DNA from: Lingula anatina | Lineage: Eukaryota; Animalia; Brachiopoda | DNA: 64,000 nucleotides | Assembly: GCA_051362555.1 (NCBI GenBank) | Contig: CM120643.1 | Location: forward strand, 4,340,001-4,404,000 | Direction of reading: 5' to 3' | Part shown: positions 46,811-62,041 of the stretch, piece after piece | Layout of the letters: each line of letters opens with the position of its first letter | Position numbering within the stretch: position 1 is the stretch's first letter | Program-made: the position numbers and the translations under genes | The notes under the pieces: model-generated | The model's input: the letters and a program-made list of their open reading frames with translations, nothing else | Databases searched by the model: none | What the model was told of the DNA's origin: nothing

Positions 46811-49169
46811 GAAATGTCTTTAAAATTGTAACCTGAAGTTTATTAATTGAACCGTTATCAGTGAATGTCCAAAATACTCAGGATTGTGACTATATTTGCA
46901 AAACGGTGCAAAAATTTTGTTTCCCATTGTAGATCCAATTGAATAAAACGGAAAAGTGAAAAATGAAGTTAGAGATATATAATATTATTCAGAGGCGAAT
47001 CAAGGATTATTTGAAGGGAGGGAGGGGGGTTCGAGAATGCAAAGCCGACCTTTAACCCCCCCCCCCCCGAATTCCCTTCTCCACATCCTTGACTTGGGGT
47101 TCGGGGCCCACTGAAGAGCCCCAATAAGTTTTTATAGTTTAGGGGGGGAACGGTGTTATTTGGTAGGCCTACGGTTTAGAACTATAATATTCAGCCAGTC
47201 AAAATTTTAATTTTAAAATTAAAATGGGAGGTTGGATTACACATTCTACTGCGTTAGGAATTTTAATTCTCAGATGTTATCGGTTGTGAGGGATTGAAGC
47301 AGATTGAAAAAGATACTTGTACGACACACAAACTGACGCTAATACTCATTCTCAATATATAAGTCCATTTAAACTCTTTTATCAGCATTCTCCATATGAA
47401 GAGAGAGAGATGTGATTCAAATTTACTTTATTTTATGATTATTATTTAATTAAAATCTTTTATACATCTTTTATCACTTTCAACTCCCATCCACCAGAAG
47501 CACTGTGCATTTTCTGTTTTTCCACATAAGGAGTTGTGTTGGTTTTTATGTCTTTAAACATTGTGTAATTATATTATTTTATGCACTGTCATCTTTTTTC
47601 ACATATTGGAATTTTCATTATGTGAATTTGAACTCTCACATATGGTCCTGAAACTGTAATCTTATTGACCATGTTATTCTGTTGTACATTTTGTGAAATT
47701 TTTATCTTTCACATACTGGCATTTTCATTGTGGGACTTATAACTCCAAAGGGCATGTAACAGTTCACTTTTATTGATACTACCTGTTGTGCAATATTTGC
47801 AACTTGACTGTTCTTTTTGGCAAATAATTAAATTTTTTTCTAAAAAGTGTTTTTTTTTTTTTGTTATAATCTCTTAAGAAATTATTACAAAGTACAGCCA
47901 TCTATGGAGGTCACATGGTCTGATGACAAGTTCAGATATCAGAATAATAGCCTTTTTGTAGTAAAACAAAATATATTATATTTCTGTGAGTTGTTTACAC
48001 TGTTTAAACTTAAGTTGGATGATACATATCATGGTTATGCAGCTAGACTGAATGGCAGCTTTAGTGGAATATTTTTGTAATATTTCTTTAATTTTTAATT
48101 TTTCAAACTGGCATTTGCAAGATGTGACTTATCACTCCCATCCACCAGGAGCCCTGTACTGTTACTTTGTAACATTTTCTGTATTTTTTTTAATTTACAA
48201 GAATGATTCTTAGGATTGACATACAGCCCAAATAAGAAAAAACAGCTCTATTAAATTATATATATATATACCCTGTATATATATATATATTATTGAGTTT
48301 AAGCTTTTTTTTTTTTTTTTTTTTTTTTTTGTGAAATTTTCACTTTATCTCGTTCTGGCATTTCCAAAGTTTAACTCTTATCAGCCTGAAGCCTTAGGGA
48401 CTATTTCCAGACCCTATCACACTAACTGTGGATCAATCTATCTTCAAGGGAATTCTCGCTAAATTGCAATCCATGTAAGTGGCTTAGCTGTTTGTCACGC
48501 CTACTGAAACTGGCATGCCAGGATCCTAAGCCGCTTAAGCTGAAAGCAATTTAGTGAGAAACCCCTTGGAGTTGGATTGATCCTGTTAGATTGATCTAGG
48601 TATGGGAATTCAGTCTAATGCTTGTTACACATTTTACTTTCATCCTAATCCACTGTTATGCAGAATTAGAATTTGATGTTGGCTATGCAGTTACAGTAAG
48701 CATAATACATCAATGCATCAGAATTGACAGTATCCTATTTTCTGTATTTTTATTTTCTGGTTTTTGTCTGTACATTTGACAGCTTTGCTGCCTTGTTTAC
48801 AAATACTTATGAACTTATAAGTATTGAAAGAAGCTATTATATAACAAATGGTAAAACTGGTGAATTTATAAACCTATAGGCCTTGACCCATATATTCATA
48901 TTTACATAGGGTTTATTATAATTGTATATGTCTGGTGCTGTCACTGAAAAAATCTATTAAACTCTGTTGTTGCAACATGTTTTGTGTCTGTATATTTTGC
49001 CAGCTTTGCTGTGCTCATCTTATGTTAGTGTTCATCTTATGGTTTGCCCAAAGATAATTAAGTAACATGTCTACAGCAATTTTGTATAAGTAATATACAG
49101 AGAATTATTTTAATATTATTTCTTTAAAATAAAGATTTTAGCAACTTTTTTGCGATAAGCAATTGAAGC

Positions 49170-50873
49170 TTTTATACTAATATATACACTACATGTACTG
49201 TTGTGATCCCATTGTACTAGTCTTTATACTAATATGTACACTACATGTACTGTTGTGATCTCATTGTACTAGTCTTTATACTAATATGTACACTACATGT
49301 ACTGTTGTGATCCCATTGTACTAGTCTTTATACTAATATGTACACTACATGTACTGTTGTGATCCCATTGTACTAGTCTTTATACTAATATGTACACTAC
49401 ATGTACTGTTGTGATCCCATTGTACTAGTCTTTATACTAATATGTACACTACATGTACTGTTGTGATCCCATTGTACTAGTCTTTATACTAATATGTACA
49501 CTACATGTACTGTTGTGATCCCATTGTACTAGTCTTTATACTAATATGTACACTACATGTACTGTTGTGATCCCATTGTACTAGTCTTTATACTAATATG
49601 TACACTACATGTACTGTTGTGATCTCATTGTACTAGTCTTTATACTAATATGTACACTACATGTACTGTTGTGATCCCATTGTACTAGTCTTTATACTAA
49701 TATGTACACTACATGTACTGTTGTGATCCCATTGTACTAGTCTTTATACTAATATGTACACTACATGTACTGTTGTGATCTCATTGTACTAGTCTTTATA
49801 CTAATATGTACACTACATGTACTGTTGTGATCTCATTGTACTAGTCTTTATACTAATATGTACACTACATGTACTGTTGTGATCCCATTGTACTAGTCTT
49901 TATACTAATATGTACACTACATGTACTGTTGTGATCCCATTGTACTAGTCTTTATACTAATATGTACACTACATGTACTGTTGTGATCCCATTGTACTAG
50001 TCTTTATACTAATATGTACACTACATGTACTGTTGTGATCCCATTGTACTAGTCTTTATACTAATATGTACACTACATGTACTGTTGTGATCTCATTGTA
50101 GTCTTTATACTAGTATGTACACTACTGTTGTGATCTCATTGTAGTCTTTATACTAGTATGTACACTACTGTTGTGATCTCATTGTAGTCTTTATACTAAT
50201 ATGTACACTACTGTTGTGATCTCATTGTAGTCTTTATACTAGTATGTACACTACTGTTGTGATCTCATTGTAGTCTTTATACTAGTATGTACACTACTGT
50301 TGTGATCTCATTGAAGTCTTTATACTAGTATGTACACTACTGTTGTGATCCCATTGTACTAGTCTTTATACTAGTATGTACACTACTGTTGTGATCCCAT
50401 TGTACTAGTCTTTATACTAGTATGTACACTACTGTTGTGATGTCATTGTACTAGTCTTTATACTAGTATGTACACTACTGTTGTGATGTCATTGTACTAG
50501 TCTTTATACTAGTATGTACACTACTGTTGTGATCTCATTGTAGTCTTTATACTAGTATGTACACTACTGTTGTGATCCCATTGTACTAGTCTTTATACTA
50601 GTATGTACACTACTGTTGTGATCCCATTGTACTAGTCTTTATACTAGTATGTACACTACTGTTGTGATCCCATTGTACTAGTCTTTATACTAGTATGTAC
50701 ACTACTGTTGTGATGTCATTGTACTAGTCTTTATACTAGTATGTACACTACTGTTGTGATGTCATTGTACTAGTCTTTATACTAGTATGTACACTACTGT
50801 TGTGATGTCATTGTACTAGTCTTTATACTAGTATGTACACTACTGTTGTGATCCCATTGTACTAGTCTTTATA
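49170..50873. repeat. Minisatellite of 52-, 43- and 46-bp unit variants, about 35 units
   Basis: About 18 52-bp units (CTAATATGTACACTACATGTACTGTTGTGATCCCATTGTACTAGTCTTTATA) to ~50100, then 43-bp and 46-bp variants. Confidence 0.97.
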
Positions 50874-51775
50874 AAAGATGAGTTATAAAATACTAAGAAA
50901 ACTTCAGACTCCTACTGTCTGTTATTATATTTTTTATCTCATGCCTCATTGAGAAAATTCAGAACAGCAGACTAAAAGATCTGTGAATCAAATATGGCGA
51001 CCCATTAAAAAACTTAATTCCTGATTAGACACTGAATAGATTCCCTGCAGGAATTACACCACATTTGATCCTCAGATATGTTTGTCCACTGTTCTGAAAG
51101 CACTCATTGACAAATAATATCATACAGAACCTGGGTAGGGGGTAAAACTTATGTTTACAACAGGTATGTACACAAAACTGATAAAGGATACTTGATAGAT
51201 AAAAAAATTCCAGTTTTTCACCACTTGAGAGTTACTTTTACACTTAGTCCCCATTCACTGTGGACATAATATACAGTGATGAAAGAGAGGGGACATTTTA
51301 AAAGTGGCAAACTACAGTCTCTTTGCAGTGAATATCAGAATTTTGTTTCGTTAACGTGAAATATGTACAAAATATATAGAAATTTACATGGGAACATTTT
51401 TAGTGCACAAGTGTTATTAAAAAGTACTGTATAGATGTTTATAAATAGTTTTTATAACTCTTTGAAATAAAATTGAAAGTCTACAGTCTACAGTTTTTGT
51501 TATGTTACTGTTTATCATACTTGTATTATTTTAGGTAATAAAGATTTTATCAACTGTATTCATAACTTTCAATTTTAATACACATCTTGAAAATGTATTT
51601 GACCTTTGTTTTTCTTAGAATTATCATTTCAACATTAAAAATGCACCAACCAACTTTTAATTATAAATAAGTATTAAATAATAATATTATCATTATTATT
51701 TGTTGTTGTTGTTATATTAATATGACTGTCTAAGAATATTAGGTTTAAGAGCTCAATTCCAACAAATATAAGTGC

Positions 51776-51948
51776 ATTCAAAACATTGGACTAACAGATC
51801 TGCGGATCAAATTATGGCAACCCACTAACAAGCTTACCTCTTAATTCCTGATTAGTCACAGAACAGATTCCCTGCAGGGATTATGCAACAAGCATTCAAG
51901 TGGGTCAGCCATATTTGATCTGCGGATCTGTTAGTCTCTGTACTGAAT
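51776..51948. mobile_element. Palindromic MITE-like element (second copy at ~50957-51098)
   Basis: GACTAACAGATCTGCGGATCAAATTATGGC ... GCCATATTTGATCTGCGGATCTGTTAGTC form inverted arms. Absent at the paralogous site ~3378. Confidence 0.65.
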
Positions 51949-54900
51949 AACTTTATCTCTCTAGGTGATCAGATATGCATACCACCCTCTGGCTTTTGGG
52001 TTGAAAACAGAAAATGTGGTCATAATTAAAGCACGTTAAAAACAAAAGGAGGCATGCCAATCTGATTGCATTCAGCAAGAGTCCCTGTGGAGTTGGATCG
52101 ATTTACATAGATCAATAGTGTCATTGGGAATGAGTCCTTAATTGAGGCACTAGTAGATATGTCAGTGGCAATACTAAGATGAATAAAAATAAAATGATAA
52201 AAAGAAAGTGTAGTGATAGTTTCTAATATGATTCTTTTACTTCCAAAAGTGTTTTATGCGGTTCAAAGTGATAACATTATTTATATTAAAGAATCATGGA
52301 CCACTGAAAGACAAAGTATATTGCAAACTTTTTGAGAGGTAAAAAAACTAGGCCTTGTCTCCCATTTCTCCCTTACAGATATCAAGTCAGCGACGTTGTA
52401 TATGTGCGCACGCATGTTATTACGTCGCTCATTCTTCTTTGTTACGTTAAAATGATACATACGTTACCATAAAGTGTGTAAATATTTTTTATTCTATTTT
52501 CATTGGTTGTCTTTCCTTTTGTGCGCCAACACTATTTTAATGAAACACAAATAAAAGACATAAGTGTTGGCCCACACAGCGAAAGAAAACCAATGAAAAT
52601 AGAATAAATATTTACACGCTTCATTTTAACGTATGTATCGGTAACGTATGTATCATTTTAACGTAACAAAGAAGAATAAGCGACGTAAAAACAAGTGTGC
52701 GCACATATACAACGTCGCACGCAACCACAGAGTCGCGACAACAGAGAACAAACAATGAAATTAGAAAACAATACCTTCACGAATGATGCGTAACTCAGTA
52801 AACTGATTCTTATGTGATTTGTTTTTTCTAAGAAGCATATTTGAGTTCATATGTACTGCTGCATAAAAATAAAAATGTTAGATATACATGTACAAACCTT
52901 AGTCGCCACAACTCTAGTGTTAAATATTTACAGTGCTAGAGCAATAGGCGACATCATGTTTTAATTGGAATGCTTTAATAATAATAACCTCATTTATTTG
53001 GGATGAAGGTCTATAGATGGACAAAACAAAATGGTCTGTTTGTGCAATAATCTGATGGTAACGTTTTAGATTGTGTTAAGCCGCATCGTGTCTTCTCTAA
53101 CACAATCCCACGGCAATGCTATTATTATGTAAACCAGGTGAGCATTTTGGTGAGAGGTATTCAGATAGGACCAAGGTCAGAAGGAAGAGGAAGAAGCCTC
53201 ATATGCCATATTACCAAACTTTCCACACATAGACTGAAATTTTGGTACTGAGATCTGCTGTAGTTTGTTGTAAGTACTGTATAGATGATATAAGGCAACT
53301 CTGATAGGTTTATGATGATGGTTTTTTTTATCAAAGAGTATTCATATCCCAGTTCAGGCGTAATGACTCTTGGGTATATTTCATTGACATGAATGTTGAA
53401 ATGAGCTCGAAAATTTAAATAATTTTTTATGTTGCTTTTCCAGCAGGAGAATATTTGCTCATAAAGAAGTGAGAAGATAATCCCAGCCGCCCAAAGGTCT
53501 GAACGCGTTATTCCGTCTTAAACAAAGCAAGTCGACAAAGCAGGTAACTACTGGTACATTCTCAGCTCCCAATGGGTGCCTTTTTTATGACAGCGGCTTG
53601 TACACATGTATCCTGTTTATTAAAGTTATCTGACAAGAAACAAGTGGTTTTTAAGAGAACTAACCCCGACCAGGAAAGAAAATGTATATTTGCTAGGCAC
53701 TGTCGACCTCCCTTGACTTCAATTTTCCTGATTGCAATTTCGATTACATACCGTCCTTGATATTATAATCTGAAATAAAATGCTCGCATAAAGTATTTGA
53801 TTTTAAAAAGTTGATCTAAAGTGTTAGCATTCGGATTACAAAATTATTTAAGTGTGGATGCATTGGAATAAAGAAATTGGTAGAATCATTCTCAAGAGGT
53901 TTTTAATAAGCACATGTAGCAATTAAATCCTGAATTTATATCACATACCTACAAAATACGCAAAATAATGTATAACTTAGAAAGTAAAAAACCGATCAAG
54001 ATTATTATTAATATTATGTATTTCACTTTGTCAATTCCTTAGATATTATTATGAATTTAGTTTAATTTATTTCATTTTACATTTAATTTCAGTGCCTCGT
54101 AACAACCGTCTACGATGAAATTGGACGCACTCCCAGCAAAGACATCAGATTCGTGAACGCCAGCGCCCGCACCCATGTCAACGTTGTCTTGCGTGTCGAA
54201 GTTTGTCGTATAGTTTTAACTTGCAGTTTAAGTTAAAACTTGCAGGGTTGACATTTGATTTGGTTTGAAATGTAATATTTGCTTTGGTTTGTAATATTCT
54301 GCATCAAAACATGTATCGAATGAAGTACAGCGTGCAACAAATGTTTTATTCATGAAACTTCTGATAAAAGGGACCAAATCCAAGCGTCAACCCTGCACGT
54401 CGCTGGTTTATTATTATACATATGTAAATAAGTTGTAGTACAGCACTCTATCCGCACACGATGTTTTTATTGTGATTTAATTTTTTGTTCATACCCACCA
54501 GTTCTCGAACCGGAAACGACCCTTTTTAAGTTATCTTAAAACAAAAATGTGCCTTGCTTAAGTGTTCTATGAAAATAAAATTAATAGTTGTAAAATTATC
54601 ATAAAGTGATGTGCAGGTAGAGCACTGAGACAGTACGACCGGTTTAATGTTTGATTGTCAAATTTTGTGTGTGGGCAAATATGTAATAAGACACGAAAAT
54701 GCATGTTTATCCATATTAAATCGGTTACAAACATTGATTTTAATGAAGTTAGCTTTAGAAATAAATAGGTAGCAACTTCATTACGTAAAATGCCTACAGG
54801 AATTTTATTGTGGGTTCAATGGAAGAAATGAACGAGATGTAAATTTACAATAAACTGTAAACGCTGAAATCCAATTATGACACTTAAGAATTAACGGCAA

Positions 54901-54996
54901 AATGAAATTGTAAAAAGTGCTCAAGTTATTGCAGAATTGCCCACACGTATTAAAACGGTTCTTTCTAAAATTGTGAATATGCGGTTATGGCGCATG

Positions 54997-56070
54997 GTAA
55001 GAATAAACTTCCTTTGGTTCCCGGTGTTTTGATATACTAGTAGTATGTCTGATCAGTGATAGACCCATAGTTTTATTGCGGGGAGGGGGTAGAAATGTTC
55101 GTTTTCAGAATATCAAACCACGGGTTGGGTTAGTTTTTTCTGCAATTAATAAGTTTTTGTTATTAAAGAAGGGAAATTAACATTATACCTTCCTTACAAA
55201 GCGTAAATACTCACAAAAGAAACTGTGATTAGTAGAAAGTGTTTCCTTTTGCGTCAATTGAAATGTACATGTAGAACTGGCATTTATCGCATCTTTTACA
55301 AGTTGAAATTTTGAAAAATCCGAAACTTAAGTTATCGCAAAGCTCTGATTTGGGGGTAATGGGTATTTCCTAGTAATTAAAGAAACTTGGTCAGTTAATC
55401 GCCTAAAAAAACTTTTTCTTTTGTGATTTTTTTTTTTTTTTTTTTTGTCTAATCAAACATGAAAAAACAAAAAAAATATAAGAAAAAAGACACTTTGGTA
55501 AAAGTAGAAGATAATGTTATATAGAGATATTCATGGAAATATTAATGTTCGGAGCCGAGATTTAATTACTGTACCCCGCAGGGACGACGTGTGGGGAGGT
55601 AAGAATAAACTTCCTTGGGTTCCCGGTATTTTGATATACTAGTAGTATGTCTGATCAGTGATAGACCCATAGTTTTATTGCTGGGAGGGGGTAGAAATGT
55701 TCGTTTTCAGAAAATCAAGTCAGGGGTTGGGTTAGTTTTTTTGGCAATTAATAAGTTTTTTTATTAAAGAAGGGAAATTAACTTTATACCTTCATTACAA
55801 AGCGGAAATACTCACAAAGAGAAACTGTGATTAGCAGAAAGTGTTTCCTTATGCGTCAATTAAAATGTACATGTAGAACTGGCATCTATCGAATCTTTTA
55901 CAAGTTGAAATTTTGACAAATCTGAAACTAAAGTTGTCGCAAAGTTCTGATTTGGGGGAAATAGGTATTTCCTAGTAATTAAAGAAGCTTGGTCAGTTAA
56001 TCGCCTAATTTTTTTTCTAATCAAACATGAAAAAACAAAAAAAAAATTTTAAAAATGACACTTTGATTGA
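54997..56070 (+). repeat. Local tandem duplication with a 602-bp period, specific to copy 2
   Basis: GTAAGAATAAACTTCC starts at 54997 and 55599; it occurs once, at 7657, in copy 1. Confidence 0.9.
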
Positions 56071-57119
56071 TTAGAGTAAAAGATTTCCACAAAATTGGAA
56101 GGTCAGTGTTTGACTTAATGTTGATCTTGTACTTGGTACTTTCTTAATTCTATATTTCGATCGGGATCAAGGAGTGATTGAGAACAAAAGGCCTGATTAG
56201 GTGCCAGTCCTGCACGTGCTGTTGGGTTATTTTTGCTGAGTGTTTCTGAATCACTGAACACAAGTGACCGTAGAGTTATTTTAAGTAAACTTGTTTTTGC
56301 ACAACCTTTTTAATTTTGTTTACATAATATTGTTCTTAAAATGACTATTGACTGGGATAAGGTTGTAAACTGACCATGTCTTCATGCTGTTCTTGATTCG
56401 CACGGCGCATAAATTTGTTCCTATTTTAAGATTTAAAGAGAAGAAAAACATATTTATTTATCTATGAGAAAGCATTCATTAAATTTACAGAACTGAATAA
56501 TGTTTGACTGCTGTTTGGTGTTTTGTGTAATCATCAGCATGGGGACATACAGTTAGCTGTGGGGTCATGAGTGTGTTCCCGCGTGCGGGGAGAACGCTTA
56601 CATGAGATCGTAATCATTTTGAATTTTCTATACTGTTACCACCCTTGAATTTGGATAAAAATGTCCCTCGGTGAAATATTGGATCAGTCACAAGACAAAT
56701 ACTCCAATTTCAACTTTGAACGATTGCTGTAAAATACATCGTCAAATCTTCAACTTTCTCTTTTAACTCTGGACAAAAACCTGAGAATTTCATGTTCTGG
56801 TCAGTATTATGTCGTCTTGTATGCAGTGTTCTTGAACACTTTAGAACCAAAATGATTGATCTTGAGCGACAATATTCAAAATGCATAGAATCTCCCACAC
56901 ATTTAGTTGTAGATAGTTGTATTTAAGATTAATTTATATCTCAAATTGCGCAGTCGTTATGAAAATTACTTTTTATGTAAAGCCAAAACGTAATGTTCGG
57001 ATTTTGAATACATCTGTATGGTGTAGTTGTTTGTATTTGTTATAATGAATGTACATAAAAGTTGTAATAGATGATGTGCAAAATGTCACATGTTTATTCT
57101 TGACTTTCTTTTCTTCAGC

Positions 57120-57497
57120 TCGACTTGAACCTTAGGTTTTCAACTCCTAGCTCACCCTTTTCTACTTCTTAGTCTGTCGCCTTACCTACTGAGCCACCGT
57201 CTCAGTTCGCGTTTTTCCTCATTCGTATGATCCTCTTATAGTAGTTTGAATTGTTTATTTGGGTTTATTTTTGCAAAAGGTAATTTGCTGGGACCTAGAA
57301 GCGCCAGGAATCGAACTGGGGACCTTCTGTCTCAGAGGCAAGCGCGTTACCTACTCCTCTAAGTGTTCCCACCCACCCTCCCCGTGTAGACTTTCTTCTT
57401 ATAGTAAGCAAAGAAAAATTCTAATAGCACCCCTTTGTAATTCCAAAGTGCCCGAGCCAGAAATCGAACCCCAACCCCAGGCTTTCACTGAGCCATG
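57120..57497 (-). other. Paralog of the three tRNA-like modules
   Basis: Nearly identical to 9377-9755. Confidence 0.55.
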
Positions 57498-60400
57498 TAG
57501 CCATCAGTAAAACACTAAGACATTTTGTATATTCAATAAGTGTTTTATTAAGAGCAATACAAATTGCTTTTATGTATTCAAATATTTATGAAACATATAT
57601 CTGTAAAATATCATCGTCTTCAGTCTTTTTATTACGACAAGTTAAAAAGCGTTTAGTATTTAAAAGAATATCATGATATTATAGTATAATATTATGATGT
57701 CTGCATTTAAATTCACTTGCAGGTGTAAAAAATATATTCGACTTGACAAATAAACTATTTACCACACTAATGGTCTTATGTTTGTTCTTAATGACAAAAA
57801 CAAAATATTTCAACTTCTTCAATAAAAAAAAACACAGTGGTGGATCTAGTCTCCGCCCTCCCCGAGGAGAGAGACCCATTCTGGACTCGCATGATCAAGT
57901 TCTCAAAATACTCCATCTCGCTCCAAATGTCAACATCTGACCCCTTTAAAATGTCCTGCATCTGCCATTGTGTTTTTTTTCTATATAATAATGACAATTA
58001 TGAGATTTTTATTAAATGCTCTGTTTAAAATTGCACGCTTTTTTCAGTCAAACTCTTATTGTTGGGAGCTTAAAAACGGATACGCACTCTCGTTATGTTT
58101 GGCAAAAAAAATGTCAAAAGTCCTACATAAAAAATATATATATACAACGTTTATACTAACAGCTATTGACAAACTGGAAAGACTAATGAACATTAGATAG
58201 AAAATGAATATGAAATAAAAAAAAATCCTTGCAAAAACTACTTAGAGAACAAACTACATGTTCACTTATGAAATTTGGGTTAAAATCCAATGGACAGATC
58301 ACGGTATTTCTCATATTTCCTATAGTCTACTACATCCATTTTCAATTAGAAAACAAACTACATTTACATAAAATCTGGGTTAAAATCCAAGGGACAGATC
58401 ACGATTTTTCTCATATTTCCTACATCTATCTTCAATTCGAAAAAAACCCTTCTGAACATAAATTCGAATAAATTCGAATATACATCAATAATTTCTGCTT
58501 CATCTGGTCGATAGAATGATGCTGTTAAGACAGAATTGCCGAAAACAGTTAAATTTGGAAAATAAAGCAATTTTCATTCCCATAAATGTATTTGTTCAAC
58601 AGATTAATGGCAAAAACATATATTTCAGGATAAAACGTGTACATATTTTACATTGTAAGGACTACGTTCAGAGATAAGTAAAACACGAAAATAGTGTCTT
58701 TTCCATCATATGATGGTATTTACATGTACGAAATCAGCTTTTCAAGAAGGGATTTTTCTCAAATAGAAATGAAATTTCTTAATTCTACATACTTCACCTG
58801 AGACACAAAATAATCTATCTTGATTCGTAAAATGGCATCTCTTACTCAACAAGACAGCAAATACTCAAATTTCAAGAGACGATAATCCTTTTTTCCCTTC
58901 TGAACATTGAAAGAAAGACACACAATGAGCGTAAGTCGTCTCATTTTTGATTTCAGTACATTTGGAGAATGAGACCGAAGTTTACTAAAAACAGAAATTA
59001 AGAAGTAGACACCGGACTTGTAGAATTTATAAATGGATTCGATAATGTGTTCCTTGGTGATTTAGGTGAAATTGTTGAATCTTACAAAAAAATATTTGGC
59101 TTTAAACCGACATAAAATTTGTGTATTTTTGCGTACTTTATTCCCATTCAAACTAGAAAGTCGCTCCCTGCTGTCTTGCTGAAGAATACTACATGTAGTA
59201 CCATTTCACAAATGTCACGTGTGACAATCTTGACACTACGATAGTATACAACATACATCAATACAATAAAGCAAGTTTTTAACTGAAGACCATGCTTTCT
59301 GATATATCATTACGTTTTAAATATGTTACATTTAATTCGTAAAAGACTTCAAATTCGTGATGTTATACTAAGAAAAAACACGTAAAAGACAGACACCTTT
59401 GGACAAAGCCTTTCCAAATGAGCATTTCGCCCCTTATGTCTTGAAAGATTGATCTTATAATATGTCACGCAGAAATCAATACAACTTCAATTTAGCTCTC
59501 ACATTTTAATGAAATGAAATCTTATATATTAATTTATGAAATCTTGCCAATATTCGAAATGGAAGTATTGCTGTATACTGCTATAACTCCTTAATACTTG
59601 AATTATGTTCTTTACTTCGGAAATGGACGTTTGTTACTATACTTTGATCAAAGTCTATAATTCCACTACCAACCGCTCACTACCGGGTACGTGTAAATAT
59701 CAATATGTCAATAGCCAGACTCTCACAAGTCATTTCACAGCATTTTCCCCTCCTTGGCCATTTCTCACGCTAAACTTCGACTGCCACGACTATTTCTACC
59801 GACGAAGTTCAAAATACTGAACATGAAGTGCAAATGCATTTTCCTTTGTTTTATGAGACGTGATGAGATGAAGTGAAGGAGGAAATAAATGGTACGTGGG
59901 GAAAATGTTGGGAAATGTTCAAAACCACTTTTAAGCAAACGGGCGTCAAAAAACTTTTCAAAAATAAATCACAATTAACTAATCACCATATACCTAACAT
60001 TGATTTCTTCAAACATTATTCTGATATGGCTGAAATTACGATATTCGTATACTTAATATCTAAGCCGCCTTCGGTCCACTTCCTGATCACTCAGCACTGA
60101 GGCAGTGACGTCTCCTTCCAGGCTGTCCATCCCATTACATTCATGGTAGGGGGAGGTGGCAGGCTGAAGTGACCGCCTTTCCTTTTCAACTCTCACCAAT
60201 ATTTTACGGATGGAACTTCATTTGTACTTTACAACATTAAAAATACATTGGACAACGTTTGTGTTCAGTATATTTTAAAAAATGCCAGACGAAAATAACT
60301 TCAGATCCCTATCAACCCCAAATTGAAACGACATTATTTGGGTCACTGGCTTTCTTGATATGACTAAATATGGTTCACTGATTTGAATATCTGAGCAGTT

Positions 60401-62004
60401 TTTGCTATGTTTGACCAAATAGACCTTACGATAGAGACTGCAGTGTTTTGATTCTGATGCTGTCTCAACCATGATTGTGACGGATTCCACAAAATATCAT
60501 CTCATTGTGTTAGTGAAGACATAACGCGAGGCGGAAAGGGGGGGATAAAAAGTTCATAAAGAAATTACCTAGTAAGCTATTGAAAATGACAATATGATAT
60601 TTTAGTTTAAATTAGATGTCGACGAACCATTCAATAGAGATAGTTGGATTAAAAAGAAATATGTTGAAATAAAACGGCACAAATATTATGGGGGGAGGGT
60701 ATGATGATGGTATAAAAGGTTTGGGAGAGTCGGGGAAATTGAGTTTTGAGTGCGTTCGGGTGTTTACCGGTGTCCTTTAACTTTAACACACCAGGTTATA
60801 CAAACTTTTACAACTTTTGTCTCTAAAAAAAACATGTTCAAATTTATATTTTTCTACTTATATAACTACCGTATTTTTCAACTATAATAATTCACAAAGG
60901 TGGACTTCGAATTCCAAGATGACGTCTATTGAGAAAGAGCGCCATTACTAAAAACGCAGCACTAGAAAATTAACTGGCAAAGCGTCAACGCTACGAAAGG
61001 AACTAAAATTGAAATAAGTTCCAGCAAATGTTATGCTGACGTTATGCGAGAAAATCATCGTGACGTTATAATTTAGCGCTGATTTACTCTATCAAATTCT
61101 TCCTCTGAAATGTTGCCCCAATGACTAAAAATGAAGCTTACATACTCGTCATCTCTTGAAATTGAAATTTCAAAAAATTAAAAGAGAAAGAAATTATCGA
61201 CATTTTTCATTTAAATTAGCGTTTTTACACACAACGAACACGACGCAACGTAATGGCGCGTGAAAAAACGACTTAAAATCCCTACGCCGTGACAGTATGT
61301 GTCCTACTGTCAGTTACAGATGGAACATTAAGTGCCGACAGAATTTACATGAAGTCAAAGTTTGCTATTTTTGAACTACACAAAATGTCGGCGATTATCA
61401 CATCAAGTATGTTTGCCGACTTGCACGAAATATTGCACATTTTCATATATGCACTGGGGCCTATTTGTGCAATTATCCAGAAAAACATCAGAAAACATAA
61501 GACAGAAGTGCTAATGAATGAGATTTAGTGCTTTTGCTGAACTGTCCCCATAGGCAATGGGCTAAACAAGACTAGTACAATTTGCGGTTTGAAGGACAAA
61601 ATGATAGTTTGTTTTTTAAATTCAAAAAATGATTTTTTTTCGAAGTGAGATATTTGGGACTTCATAAAGAAATCTCAACAATATTTCAAAAAATGTCCCA
61701 GTAACAAAGCTAGGCTAACGACGTGAGTGTCACCTCTACCTGAGGTGTGCAAAAAGCTGAATCCCGATGAGAGCCACCTAACGGAGACTGAAATATCGGA
61801 GCTAAAAAATGACTTGTTTTAATTATTGATTAAAACAGGCTGTTAGTATGACTAAGTTGTAAAACAGCCGATGGATTTCTTGGAACATTGAATGACTTGA
61901 ATTGGAATATAATAAAGTTCTTAATTGCAAATTTGTTCTACTAAAGCAAACTGCTAACAACACATTTCTAACCGAGGCGTTGCTTTCCTAAGCATAAAAA
62001 TTAG

Positions 62005-62041
<37 letters not shown>

